DNA of 64,000 nucleotides from Methanomassiliicoccaceae archaeon (lineage in GTDB: Archaea; Thermoplasmatota; Thermoplasmata; Methanomassiliicoccales; Methanomassiliicoccaceae): positions 398,139-462,138 of the forward strand of contig CAVSJV010000017.1 of assembly GCA_963728405.1 (NCBI GenBank), in the 5' to 3' direction. The notes beneath the pieces were generated by a model. That model had not been told where the DNA came from and made no database searches. It saw only the letters and a program-made list of their open reading frames with translations. A program made the translations under genes and the position numbers. This document shows, in pieces, positions 32,690 through 42,851 of this stretch; the stretch's first letter is position 1; each line of letters starts with the position of its first letter.

Positions 32690-35600
32690 TCATTCCTTCT
32701 TCCGTTTCTCCAAGCGCTGTACCGCGGTCGCAGCCGTCATCACGCCCATGATCCCCAGGAAGGGGATGGCTATATCCAGGTTGACGTTGCCGGTCTTTAT
32801 GTTAATTCCGGCCTCGTTCGCCGAAAGGGCGTTCAAGGGCTTCTCGGTGAACGTCCAGCTCCCCACCTGTGGTTCGCTGTAGTATATCCATATGGTCGAG
32901 AAGGACACCCCCCCGCTCTTGCCCGCGCCGTATCCGACCACGAGCGCGATGTCCAGGTTATAGTCGCCATTGAAATCGCCCAGCTCGAGGGCGGCGATAT
33001 CGAAGGCGGTAGACCCGCCCACCTGGCTTGCCAGGGTCGACGTGTCCACCGCCATGGGAGCGTCCAGTTGCCCGTTGGTCTGGGTCAGGATATAGAGCGT
33101 ATGGGTCGAGTCCCCCTGACCCACCTTGGAGGTCCCGACGACCACATCGTTAAGACCGTCCGGGCGATGGTCGTAGTTCGGGGCGGTGCTCGAACCACCC
33201 TTGCCAATGTCTCCCACCGCCAAGGAGGTGATGTACTCCCCTGCGCCCGGCGATATTATTGGAGAGGTCACTAGATTGCCGGCCAACCATTCCACCCCAT
33301 AGGACTTATGGGCTATCTGGATCAGGTTCACCAGCAGGGAGGAGTTGGTAAGATCGCCTGAACCAGTTACGCTGTCTACCACCCTTATGTAGTATTTCAG
33401 GTTCGTCGTGTGGATGAGGTGGGCCGTGTACACCGTTTGACTTGTTCCCGAGATCGTACCGATATCGAACCAGGTGTTGTTGTCCGTCGAATAGGAGAGC
33501 CTATAGGTCTCCGCATCACTGCATTTCGCCAAGAACGTCAGATCATGGACCAGCTCGGCAGGATTGTTGGGTACTTCCCAAATCCAATCGAGATACCTGC
33601 TTTCGACGAATCGGATCTCGATCCACATGCGGTCGATTTTTACGGAACCCGCTGCACCGTTGTTATTGAAGTACACCGATAGGTGAGTTAGTGCGTCCAC
33701 CGTTGTCGCCCCGTTCGCAAAGAGGTCGAAGGACCTTGTGACGTTCAGGTTTGAGCTGGTCGGAGTGATGCCAGTGCTCGTGAACGTATTCCCATCCTTG
33801 GACCACAGTATCGAGGCTCCGCCGTTATAAGTGGGGTCAACGGCAAAAGTCACCATCAATTTTGCCTGCACCACGGTCCGGGTCATGTTGCTGCCATCGA
33901 TATAGAACGAGTTCATGTTCAGGCTTTTACCCGGGTCCACATTATATGTCAAACCATCGGTGTTGATTATGTCATTGCGGTCCTTTGACGTTGTGTCGGC
34001 GTATGGGCCCAGCATTGTACTTGCTTGGGGATACGCCCCATATGGCGTAGACATCTGATAGACCTCTGTAAGGGTCTCTATGTTGGTGTCATTTGTCACC
34101 AGATCGGTCAATCCAATCGCCATATGGGTCACTTTGGCCGAGGGGTCGACGTAAGGCCCGTATTCAACCGAGGGATTGGTCACTGTTGTCGTGGTGGACT
34201 TACCGGTCGTGTGTATGACGAAAACGTTGTTGTTGGTAGTGCTGGTCCTCACGATGTCCAGATAAGGCTGGGTGCTGTCCATCTGGGCCAGCCTCACACA
34301 TGGAATGCGCTGAGTATGGTCATAGGGGTTCGTTCCACCTACGATCGCTGTGGTCGGCGTGGTGACCGGCGGTGCAGCAAATGCACCCGTTTCTCTTGAC
34401 AGAAGATTACCGGAGGTCCCCAGGTAATTGCTCATCCAGATATTGGTCTTGCCTGTCTCGTATACCCCGACGATGTCATCACAGCCGTCCTTGTTAATGT
34501 CACCTACCGCGAGATCGAGAACGGCAGGGTTGAGGTTCGAGTTCGCTCCGAGTTGGTCTATTTTCGTTCCTGTACTAGTAGTCCAATCCATTGTGGTGGA
34601 GAGCGCCGTCTTTGTCCACAACCCATCGTTCCAGAACACATAAACGCCCCGGTTGAAGAACATGGCGTAGTTTTTCGAAGCGTCCTGAATTTCAGAGTCC
34701 CTCACAGCCGTGGAATATACCACGACATGGGCAAAACTAGCCACGATATCAGTATAGCCATCCCCGTTGAAATCTCCCGTGGCCAAGGCAACGACCATCT
34801 CGTTCTGGTTGATAAAATCAGTCCCATCATAAGATGTGATGAACCCGCCGGGGAAGTTGTAGGTGAAAAAGGAAGAGTACAGTTTTGCATCGGGATGATA
34901 GACGGTGACATCCTCATTGGCTTTGCCGAAGTCATTGGTCCCGTACAATGAGTTCGTATATCTGATCCCGGAGCTAGTTGGACTGGCTGGATTCTGGCCA
35001 CCATAGGCATCAAAGGGAAGCGATATAATGTTGGGCGTCTCAGACCATTCGGTACCTTCCACATTCTCACATTTGTACCACGCGATGGCCACGGTCGGAT
35101 CCTGGAAGCCGACCACGAGGTCCTTAATTCCGTCGCCATCCATGTCCGCTTGGACGAGTCCCAGAGGACCATTGTAAGTGGGGTCGGCGATGGTATTCTG
35201 AGACCATTGTTCCGATCCGGTCCCCTTCTCGTACCACATCAGTTTGTTATCGGTCCATTCAGCTCCCGCTGCACTCCAAGTATAGGACCCGGTGCCGATG
35301 CTGGCGATGATATCGGACATGGTCATAGGGGCCGTGACATTGAATTGCGTGCTGAGCTCGTGGTAGGTCTCGTAGGTGGTCCCCGACAAATCGCTCGTCT
35401 CAGAGAAGAACGATATCCTCAAGGTGTAGGAGTTCTTCTTGGCCAGCCACCACCCCAGGTCGGCGGCCTTGAGCTCGATGTAAAGGGTATAGGTTCCCGC
35501 CTTGCCCGTCGGGTCGATATCCGCGACGCGGGTCGCCGAGCTGCTGGTCGAGGAGGTCTTATAGATCGAGCTCAACGGGGCCGAGTAGGCCGGATCGCTT

Positions 35601-37129
35601 GGGTAGGTAGTCGCGGTGGGCGGGGCCTTCCTAATGACATAGCGGCCGCTGTAGTCAGAAACCTCGATGTTGCCACAGGTGACCTTGGTCAGGTCCGAGT
35701 TCACGTCCTTTGTCACTATCTTCAGATAGACCCGGTCCGCCGGTGTGAAAGTTTCCGCCAGTTCGAATGAATTGGTGGTTTTGTTCAGGATGTAGGTCTC
35801 CAGAAATGGATAGTTCGCATCTGACACGGTAATGACATCCCTCACGCTGAGGACCGTCCCATAGTAGTCCTTCATCTTGATCAGTAGGGAATAGGTCAGG
35901 GCAGTATCAGGGGCAGAGAAGTTGTAAACATAGCGATAAAAGTTATTGTATATTCCGCCATAGGTGAACGCGCCCACCTTGGATTGGGGCATGGAATCCC
36001 CCGATATCGGGTTGTACAGAGTGAAGGAGTTCTCGAGGGCCAGGTTCAACATGGAGTTGCTGTAGAGCTCGATCAGTACGCCTTCACCGGGATCGAAATC
36101 CTTGGTTATGACATTGTCCGCCATCCTGCGTATGTAGTAGAAGGTAGTGCCAAGATTGTTGTTGCCACCGCCATTTTCGCCACCAGTAGCATCGGACGGA
36201 TATGTACCGTTAAGCAGGGCATCGTTGTAGGAATCAAGCGGGTTTCCGCCGGAGCTTCCACCGGACGCGGGCAGGACGGTGAGAACCATTCTCGCCTGAG
36301 ACACCTCTCCGTTTTCATCAGTCGCATTGACCAATAGTGTCTTGTTGTTCCAGTTGGCCTGTGCTATGAACGATACGGCCTGATCGGTCCAATATATGTT
36401 ATTGCTTCCGTAGTCCCACAGCTTCAGGCTCCCCAGGCCGATCGCGGAGGCATTCAGATAAACGCTGTTTGTATCCAGTTTGCCAAAGGGATCGGTCACC
36501 ATGGCATAGAAGGAGACGACATTGCCCACATAAGTGGGGCTGGGGTCCATGCCCCTATTGGCGATGATGGGCATCGACATGGCAGCCTGCTGGCCGCCGA
36601 TGAGGTTGTTACTGTAGACCACCGTGTTGGCCTCGGTGTCCACGATCATGATACTGAGGGAGGTATTGCTGTAGACCCCGGTCGCCAGGTAGGTCCAGGT
36701 CGACCCAGGAGTCCAGACGTTGTTGAGTATTGGAGTAAGGCTATTGGTGATCTTCAGGGAGTGTGGGGTATTGTCCTGGAAGAGATAGATGTTGGTCTTA
36801 TAGTCAGCCAGGGAATCTCCACCCTTATGTGTGACGGTGATTAACGTAGTGTGATTGTCCACATCGATGCCCGAAGTGGACGCTACGAAATCAGTATATA
36901 CCTTCTCTTGGGGGCCGGGCATCGAGGAAACGAAGTATAGGATACCTGTGAACAGGGAGACGGTGATGGCGAGAATGAGGATGTTGCCGATTATGTCCGA
37001 AACACCACGACGGCTCCACGCCCTTCGCTTGTGGAACGAGGACCTGGATGCATTGCTATCGCTGACGCTCGAAGAACCAGGTCGACCTGACTGTCGACCG
37101 ACAGACCTAAGACTAATCCGATCGGTCAT
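32690..37129 (-). CDS. Giant type IV pilin-like surface protein with FG-GAP/VCBS Ca-binding repeats and a C-terminal hydrophobic tail
   Basis: Class III signal RRG|VSDIIGNILILAITV; HKGGD pilin motif; DMDGDGIKD, GDFNGDGYTD, GDINKDGCDD, GDFNGDYNLD. Confidence 0.8.
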   Translation of the reverse strand: MTDRISLRSVGRQSGRPGSSSVSDSNASRSSFHKRRAWSRRGVSDIIGNILILAITVSLFTGILYFVSSMPGPQEKVYTDFVASTSGIDVDNHTTLITVTHKGGDSLADYKTNIYLFQDNTPHSLKITNSLTPILNNVWTPGSTWTYLATGVYSNTSLSIMIVDTEANTVVYSNNLIGGQQAAMSMPIIANRGMDPSPTYVGNVVSFYAMVTDPFGKLDTNSVYLNASAIGLGSLKLWDYGSNNIYWTDQAVSFIAQANWNNKTLLVNATDENGEVSQARMVLTVLPASGGSSGGNPLDSYNDALLNGTYPSDATGGENGGGNNNLGTTFYYIRRMADNVITKDFDPGEGVLIELYSNSMLNLALENSFTLYNPISGDSMPQSKVGAFTYGGIYNNFYRYVYNFSAPDTALTYSLLIKMKDYYGTVLSVRDVITVSDANYPFLETYILNKTTNSFELAETFTPADRVYLKIVTKDVNSDLTKVTCGNIEVSDYSGRYVIRKAPPTATTYPSDPAYSAPLSSIYKTSSTSSSATRVADIDPTGKAGTYTLYIELKAADLGWWLAKKNSYTLRISFFSETSDLSGTTYETYHELSTQFNVTAPMTMSDIIASIGTGSYTWSAAGAEWTDNKLMWYEKGTGSEQWSQNTIADPTYNGPLGLVQADMDGDGIKDLVVGFQDPTVAIAWYKCENVEGTEWSETPNIISLPFDAYGGQNPASPTSSGIRYTNSLYGTNDFGKANEDVTVYHPDAKLYSSFFTYNFPGGFITSYDGTDFINQNEMVVALATGDFNGDGYTDIVASFAHVVVYSTAVRDSEIQDASKNYAMFFNRGVYVFWNDGLWTKTALSTTMDWTTSTGTKIDQLGANSNLNPAVLDLAVGDINKDGCDDIVGVYETGKTNIWMSNYLGTSGNLLSRETGAFAAPPVTTPTTAIVGGTNPYDHTQRIPCVRLAQMDSTQPYLDIVRTSTTNNNVFVIHTTGKSTTTTVTNPSVEYGPYVDPSAKVTHMAIGLTDLVTNDTNIETLTEVYQMSTPYGAYPQASTMLGPYADTTSKDRNDIINTDGLTYNVDPGKSLNMNSFYIDGSNMTRTVVQAKLMVTFAVDPTYNGGASILWSKDGNTFTSTGITPTSSNLNVTRSFDLFANGATTVDALTHLSVYFNNNGAAGSVKIDRMWIEIRFVESRYLDWIWEVPNNPAELVHDLTFLAKCSDAETYRLSYSTDNNTWFDIGTISGTSQTVYTAHLIHTTNLKYYIRVVDSVTGSGDLTNSSLLVNLIQIAHKSYGVEWLAGNLVTSPIISPGAGEYITSLAVGDIGKGGSSTAPNYDHRPDGLNDVVVGTSKVGQGDSTHTLYILTQTNGQLDAPMAVDTSTLASQVGGSTAFDIAALELGDFNGDYNLDIALVVGYGAGKSGGVSFSTIWIYYSEPQVGSWTFTEKPLNALSANEAGINIKTGNVNLDIAIPFLGIMGVMTAATAVQRLEKRKKE

Positions 37130-37281
37130 ATGCTCACCACCGGCCCCAATCCCGGTGCGGCACTCGTACCCTTTTGTTGAATATAAATATGTATACTTCC
37201 GATTTTCAATTAATCGGAATATTTATTCCAATCAGATAGAAATCTTGCTGGGTTTATTATTTGATCGTTCCATACAGGCTC

Positions 37282-37800
37282 ATGATCGAGATCGAGGTCA
37301 AATGCCCCGTCGATGACCTGGACACCGTTGAGAGAATATTGCGCGACAAGGGCGCTCGGTTCGAAGGCATGCTTGAACAGAGCGATCTCTACCTCGCGCA
37401 CCCCTGCCGGGACTTCGGCCGTACCGATGAAGCGCTCCGGCTCCGAAAGGAGAACGAACGGCACATCCTCTTCTACAAGGGACCAAAACTGGACAAGTTG
37501 ACCAAGACCCGGGAGGAGATCAGCACGCCGATCCCCGACCCGGAGTCGTTGAAGCTCATCCTGAAGCGAGTGGGGTTCGAGAAGGTCATCGAGGTCGAGA
37601 AGATCAGGCGGGTCTACGTGATGAATGAGGTAGAGGTCTCGCTGGACCTGGTGACCGGCCTGGGCGGTTTCGTGGAGCTGGAAGTGCAGGACCTGGAGCT
37701 GGAAAGGGGCCGGGCGATGCTGTTCGGGCTGATGAAAGAGCTGGGACTGGAAAGGACGGAAAGGAGCTCGTACCTCGAGCTCCTGCTGCAGAAAAGATAG
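37282..37800 (+). CDS. cyaB: CYTH-domain protein (class IV adenylate cyclase-like)
   Basis: EIEVK, QSDLY, LRLR, YKGP, EKIR, FVELE, SYLEL. Confidence 0.9.
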   Translation: MIEIEVKCPVDDLDTVERILRDKGARFEGMLEQSDLYLAHPCRDFGRTDEALRLRKENERHILFYKGPKLDKLTKTREEISTPIPDPESLKLILKRVGFEKVIEVEKIRRVYVMNEVEVSLDLVTGLGGFVELEVQDLELERGRAMLFGLMKELGLERTERSSYLELLLQKR

Positions 37801-37801
37801 C

Positions 37802-38056
37802 TCAGATGCTTTCCAACTTCTCGGCCAGGAACTTCCTGATCTCCGGGTCGTCGGGTATGCTGATCGAGGACTTGTACCGCTCGGCACCGTCCTTCATGGT
37901 GTATCCCCGGCTGAGGGAGATGAACTCGGTGACCCCGGTCTCACTGACCGCCTTCTTCCGGGCGACCTCCAGGAAATTGTTCTTTCCGAACGAAACCCTC
38001 TCCGAACTGACGACCTCGAACTGGACATTGCGCTCGTTGTATCTCTCGTCGGTCAT
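37802..38056 (-). CDS. Small conserved hypothetical protein (possible PC4/PUR-like fold)
   Basis: GGAGG RBS; FGKNNFLEVARK...FISLSRGY. Confidence 0.7.
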   Translation of the reverse strand: MTDERYNERNVQFEVVSSERVSFGKNNFLEVARKKAVSETGVTEFISLSRGYTMKDGAERYKSSISIPDDPEIRKFLAEKLESI

Positions 38057-38223
38057 GTCATTACCTCCGTTAATGATGTTGTGAACCCCGGGCGGAACGA
38101 TAAAGGTTTTGGCTTCAGGGACGCTTGCCTGGAACGGACATGTCGTGACCTGGCCACCAGGATCTTTTATTGGTCCGTTCCAGCTTCGACAATTAGAAAT
38201 AGCACTCTGCTAATTGAACGGGC

Positions 38224-39583
38224 ATGTCTTTGGAGGGGGATGGGCCAGCTGGACCTGTTCAGCCCCATTATTGTTCGAGCTGCGGGAGCCCGATGGGTCC
38301 CGGTTCGAACTTCTGTTCAAAATGCGGGCGCCCCCTGTCCCCGGTCGTTCCGCCCATCTATCAGCCGTACCAGGCGCCCAAGGCCATGACCTTGCGGAGC
38401 CTGATCATGGGGATCGGGACGTACGGGACCATAGCGCTCCTGGCGCTCATGGCCGCCAACATCATCATCACTATCTGGGGGGTCGGACTGGTCTACCCGC
38501 ACATGGACAGACACATCGCCCTGTTCGTGATCACTCCGTTCATCGTCAACCTGGCCGTGCTGGGCGGCGAGCTGTTCTTCATTTACTACGTGCTACTGAC
38601 GTTGGCCATCATCGCTTCGTTCATCTGGATGCTGAAGAAGAGCTTCGTACCACTGAGCGATGAGATGGCGGTGAAGTACCCGGCCAGGGGACACAGCCCC
38701 TTGTATGTGATAGGTACCATCTTCATGGCCGTGCTGTCCTTCAACATCATCTATTATCTGCTGATCCAGGGCAGCGGCACCTCCCCCACCACTCCGTCGT
38801 TCGCCTCACAGGAGCTATGGCAGATCATCTACGGCTTCGCCGAGGCCTCTGTATGGGAGGAGGTAGTCTCCCGCATCCTGCTCATCGGCCTGCCCCTGCT
38901 GGTGATCGACGCGCTTCTGCGGTCCAACAATCCCGATCGCAAGATGCGCAAGCTGCACCAGTATCTCCTGGGCGGAGGGTTCAGCATCGGTCGGAAGGAG
39001 GCGTTCTTACTGGTGTTCTCGGCGATCATGTTCGGCATGGCCCATGTGTTCTCCTGGGACGTGTTCAAGATCTTCCCCGCGGCGGTGGCCGGGCTGGCCT
39101 TCGGCTACCTGTTCCTCAAGCTCGGCGTGTACGCGGCCATAATGCTGCACTTCGCCTTCGACTTCCTGAGCGTGCCTCTGGACGTGTTCCCTGACAGCAC
39201 GCTGCTGACGCTCATACTGGGGCTTATGATCATCGTGTGGGTCGTCCTCGGCGTACCCTACCTGATGCTGTATGCCTCCAAGGGCGTGGGATGGCTCAGG
39301 GGCAAGCGGATTTGGCCGGACGTGCCTAAGGCGGCGACAGAACCGAACTACGGAGCCCATTACGGCGGCTATCAGTACACGGGCTATCAGCCGCCCACCC
39401 CCTACGTCCCGCCGGCTCCGTCGTACGCGGGCAATACGACCCGCGACCGGGGGGCCGCCTCCCGAATATGGAAGGGCGCGCGACCCGACCGCCTTCGGCT
39501 TCACCTGCCGCAACTGCGGGAACCGCGAGGCATTATACAAGGACGGGCAGCTCACCTGTACCCGCTGCGGTCTGAAGAACTAG
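38224..39583 (+). CDS. CPBP/Abi intramembrane glutamic metalloprotease with N- and C-terminal zinc ribbons (frameshift near 39445)
   Basis: CSSCG..CSKCG, WEEVVSR, FGMAH, AIMLH...D; shifted frame ends CRNCG...CTRCG. Confidence 0.85.
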
Positions 39584-40341
39584 GCGCGATACTGCAGGGC
39601 CCTGAGGCGGTCCCGGCTGATCAGGGCGTCCTCCAGCCCCCGGGACTCGATGACGTAGCGGCCCTGATAGCCGGATAAGGACCTCAGCAGCCAGGGGAAG
39701 TCCACCGTGCCGTCGCCGATGGGCAGATGCTCGTCGGTCTCGCCCTTGTTATCGTGGACATGCAGGTTGATGATGCGCTTCTTGAGCTTCACGAAGTCCT
39801 TCAGTTTTCCCATGGTGTTGGCGTGGCCGACGTCCAAGCAGATGCCCAGTTCGGTCCCCTCGATCAGCTCCAGGAGCGCCTCGGGAGTGGTGGCCATGGA
39901 GAACGGGGACCGGGGCATGTTCTCTAGTGCGACCTTCACGCCCAGGTCCTGGGAGAATGAGTCCAGTATCCGAAGGGCGCCCTTGGTGACCTCCTTGACC
40001 TTCTCCTGGCTCACGAAACCGAGGGGGGTCAGGAACGCTGGGTGCACGGTGTACACATCCATGCCCAGTCGGCGGCAGGCGCCCAGGCCGGTGAGCAGCT
40101 CTCGCAGCGCCGCTTCCCTCATGCGGGGGTTGAGCGAGCCGATGTTGATGTCGCTCATAGGGGCGTGGGCGGAGTACTCCAGATCGTACGACGGGGCCAG
40201 GTCGAGGAACCGCTTCTCGATCTCCTTCAGATCGTGCCGTCCCTCGGCCACCACCTCCCAGGCCTGGAAGTTACGAGCGATGGTTTCCAGCGCTACAGAG
40301 AACTCGAGCACCGAGAACGCCGGCGAGGACACTGCGATCAT
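39580..40341 (-). CDS. Sugar phosphate isomerase/epimerase (AP endonuclease 2 TIM barrel)
   Basis: HAP..D.N, ALENMP, LDVGHA, HVHDN...DEH...GDG. Confidence 0.88.
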   Translation of the reverse strand: MIAVSSPAFSVLEFSVALETIARNFQAWEVVAEGRHDLKEIEKRFLDLAPSYDLEYSAHAPMSDINIGSLNPRMREAALRELLTGLGACRRLGMDVYTVHPAFLTPLGFVSQEKVKEVTKGALRILDSFSQDLGVKVALENMPRSPFSMATTPEALLELIEGTELGICLDVGHANTMGKLKDFVKLKKRIINLHVHDNKGETDEHLPIGDGTVDFPWLLRSLSGYQGRYVIESRGLEDALISRDRLRALQYRA

Positions 40342-40718
40342 TCCCGGGCCTCCACCGTGCTCTCGGCCAGGAAGTCGATCGCCTTCTCGATGTTCTCATC
40401 CTCTATGGTGACCTCGATGCCCCCCAGCGCGACCGGGCCGTCCAGGAATGACACCTTCCCCACGAAGGCGACCTGCTTGTTCAGCATGAACCATGTGCTC
40501 CCGTCCTTCATGCCCCGGAGCATGACCGAGCGGGCGCTGTCTCTGATGTGGTTGTCGATTATGATCTCCCTCAGCCGGTCCGCGTTCTCGGTGCGGGCGG
40601 TCAGCATGGCGGCGCCTTCCTCGATCTCCGCTCCAGGAAAAAGGTTCAGCAAGGCCTGGCGGACCTTCTCGCGGTCCTCGGTCGGGTAGCAGGGAACGGT
40701 TGCGGTGATGACGGGCAT
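40338..40718 (-). CDS. UPF0201/DUF54 RNA-binding domain protein
   Basis: PTEDREKV..AL.NLFP, IRDSAR, LNKQVAFVG. Confidence 0.85.
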   Translation of the reverse strand: MPVITATVPCYPTEDREKVRQALLNLFPGAEIEEGAAMLTARTENADRLREIIIDNHIRDSARSVMLRGMKDGSTWFMLNKQVAFVGKVSFLDGPVALGGIEVTIEDENIEKAIDFLAESTVEARE

Positions 40719-40795
40719 GTTCGCTCCAATGTTCCGCACCGAATAAGAAACTTGGGTCAAAATCTAATTAGAGCAGATTGCCTTGTGGTGCCGGG

Positions 40796-42241
40796 ATGAG
40801 AGACAGCATTCTCGATGCTCTAGCCAACGAGGGCATTCTTTTGGAACCGGACGCCGCCGAGCTGGTGCTGTCGCGTTCCGATCCCCTGAACTTTGTGCGC
40901 TCGGCGCTGGCGTCCATGCAGCAGCAGCCGCTGGTCCTCACGATGAGCGACCTGCGACCCTTTTATGAAACGGTGCCGGTGAGCCGCATCGCTCCGTCGG
41001 CCCTGGAGGTGCTGAGGGAGAGCCGGCCGACACCCCTGGCTCAGGACGACGGGGACGTGTGCATCCTTCGAGATATCACCGGCAACTCGACCTGCGAGGG
41101 CAACATCATCGACTTCGCCCGGTACTTCAACGACCGCTTCAAGAAGATCAAGAAGATCCTGTCCCAGCGCCGCGAGCTAGTGGGCTGTCTATCGGTCCCC
41201 AAGGCCACCAAGTACGACCGCGAGGTCAAGATGATCGCCATCGTGAACGAGGTCCGCACCACCAAGAACGGTCACCGGCTCCTCGAGGTGGAGGACGACG
41301 AGGGACGGTGCCCGGTGCTCATCCTTAAGGACAGTCCCCTGGCCCAGGAGAACATCGTCTCTGATGAGGTCATCGGCATCGTCGGCAAGACGTCGATGAA
41401 GGGCGACATGGTCGTGATGAACGAGCTGATCCGGCCAGACCTGCCCCTCCGCAAAGGGATGCAGCCGACCGACTCGTGGGCCTCGGTGGCGTTCATGTCC
41501 GACATCCACATCGGATCGAACACCTTCCTCCAGAAGCCGTGGGAGCGGATGATCGAGTGGATGAGGACCGAGGGCCAGGACGAGGTCCGTTACCTGGTGG
41601 TCCCGGGGGACGTCGTCGACGGCATCGGTATCTTCCCCGGGCAGGAGGAAGAGCTGGAGATAGATGACATCTTTGCCCAGTACGAGGCATTGGCCAATCA
41701 TCTGAAGGATATCCCGGACGGCATACGCATCATCATGCAACCGGGTAACCACGATGCGGTGCGCCCAGCCGAGCCGCAGCCCACCTTCCCCAAGGACATC
41801 ACCAAGCTGTTCGATTCATCCATCCAGTTCATCGGAAATCCCTGTTATCTGGAGATCGAGGGTCGCAAGATCATGACCTACCACGGCCGCAGCCTGGATG
41901 ACTGGATCGGCAATATCCAGGGCCTCAACTACAACAACCCGCTGGAGGCCATGAAGGAGATGTTGAAACGCCGGCACATGGCCCCCATCTACGGCGGGAA
42001 GACCCCCCTGGCCCCGGAGAAGGAGGACTTCCTGGTGATCGAGGAGGTCCCCGACATCTTCGTCACCGGTCATGTTCATGGTGCAGGGATCGGCGAGTAT
42101 CGCGGAGTGCGCATGATCTGCGCCTCGACCTGGCAGTCGCAGACCCCATTCCAGCGGATGCACAACTTCAATCCAGACCCCGCCAAGCTGCCCATCGTGC
42201 ACCTGGGCACCGGGCAGACCAGGATGATGGATTTTAACTGA
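40796..42241 (+). CDS. polB: DNA polymerase D small subunit DP1 (3'-5' exonuclease)
   Basis: SDIHIGS, GDVVDGIGIFPGQ, PGNHD, YHG, RRHMAP.YG, GHVH, QTPFQ. Confidence 0.95.
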   Translation: MRDSILDALANEGILLEPDAAELVLSRSDPLNFVRSALASMQQQPLVLTMSDLRPFYETVPVSRIAPSALEVLRESRPTPLAQDDGDVCILRDITGNSTCEGNIIDFARYFNDRFKKIKKILSQRRELVGCLSVPKATKYDREVKMIAIVNEVRTTKNGHRLLEVEDDEGRCPVLILKDSPLAQENIVSDEVIGIVGKTSMKGDMVVMNELIRPDLPLRKGMQPTDSWASVAFMSDIHIGSNTFLQKPWERMIEWMRTEGQDEVRYLVVPGDVVDGIGIFPGQEEELEIDDIFAQYEALANHLKDIPDGIRIIMQPGNHDAVRPAEPQPTFPKDITKLFDSSIQFIGNPCYLEIEGRKIMTYHGRSLDDWIGNIQGLNYNNPLEAMKEMLKRRHMAPIYGGKTPLAPEKEDFLVIEEVPDIFVTGHVHGAGIGEYRGVRMICASTWQSQTPFQRMHNFNPDPAKLPIVHLGTGQTRMMDFN

Positions 42242-42305
42242 GCCGACCCGTTTGATAGGGTGGCGAAGGAAATAATATCCTCAAAGCCATGGATACGCCG
42301 GCGTT

Positions 42306-42815
42306 ATGGTGGCGCAGGTCCGGCTATCAAACATGTCCGAGCAGGACTACCAGCGTTTCTTCGAGACCACGGTGAGCGACTATGCCGAAGAGAACGTCCA
42401 GGCCGGCTACTGGTGCGCCGCCGATGCGTTAGAGAGGTCCCGGAAGGAGCTGCTCCGGTTGCTACCGGACGGTGTTCGAACAAAGGGGCATCGCCTGTAT
42501 ACGGTCCATGACCCTAGTTCGGGGCAGGCCATGGGGCACGTTTGGATCCGGGTGGAAGAGGGCTTGGGAGGACTTACCGGTTTCATCTTTGCCATCTACC
42601 TGGAGAAGGATCTCCGGGGTCGGGGGTTCGGGAAAGCGACCATGAAGGAGCTAGACCAGGAGGCCGGACGGCTCGGCCTACGGGCCCTGGTCCTGCATGT
42701 CTTCTCTACCAACAAGGTCGCCTTGCATCTATACGAGCGTTCTGGTTACCAGACCCGCAGCGTGAACATGGTCAAGATGTTCCACCCCGGGTCATCAGCG
42801 GAACGTGATCGGTAG
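42306..42815 (+). CDS. GNAT N-acetyltransferase
   Basis: RGRGFG, LHVF..N..A..LYERSGY. Confidence 0.88.
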   Translation: MVAQVRLSNMSEQDYQRFFETTVSDYAEENVQAGYWCAADALERSRKELLRLLPDGVRTKGHRLYTVHDPSSGQAMGHVWIRVEEGLGGLTGFIFAIYLEKDLRGRGFGKATMKELDQEAGRLGLRALVLHVFSTNKVALHLYERSGYQTRSVNMVKMFHPGSSAERDR

Positions 42816-42851
42816 CAGAAGATGTGATCGGAGAGCGGCGTATTATTACCA

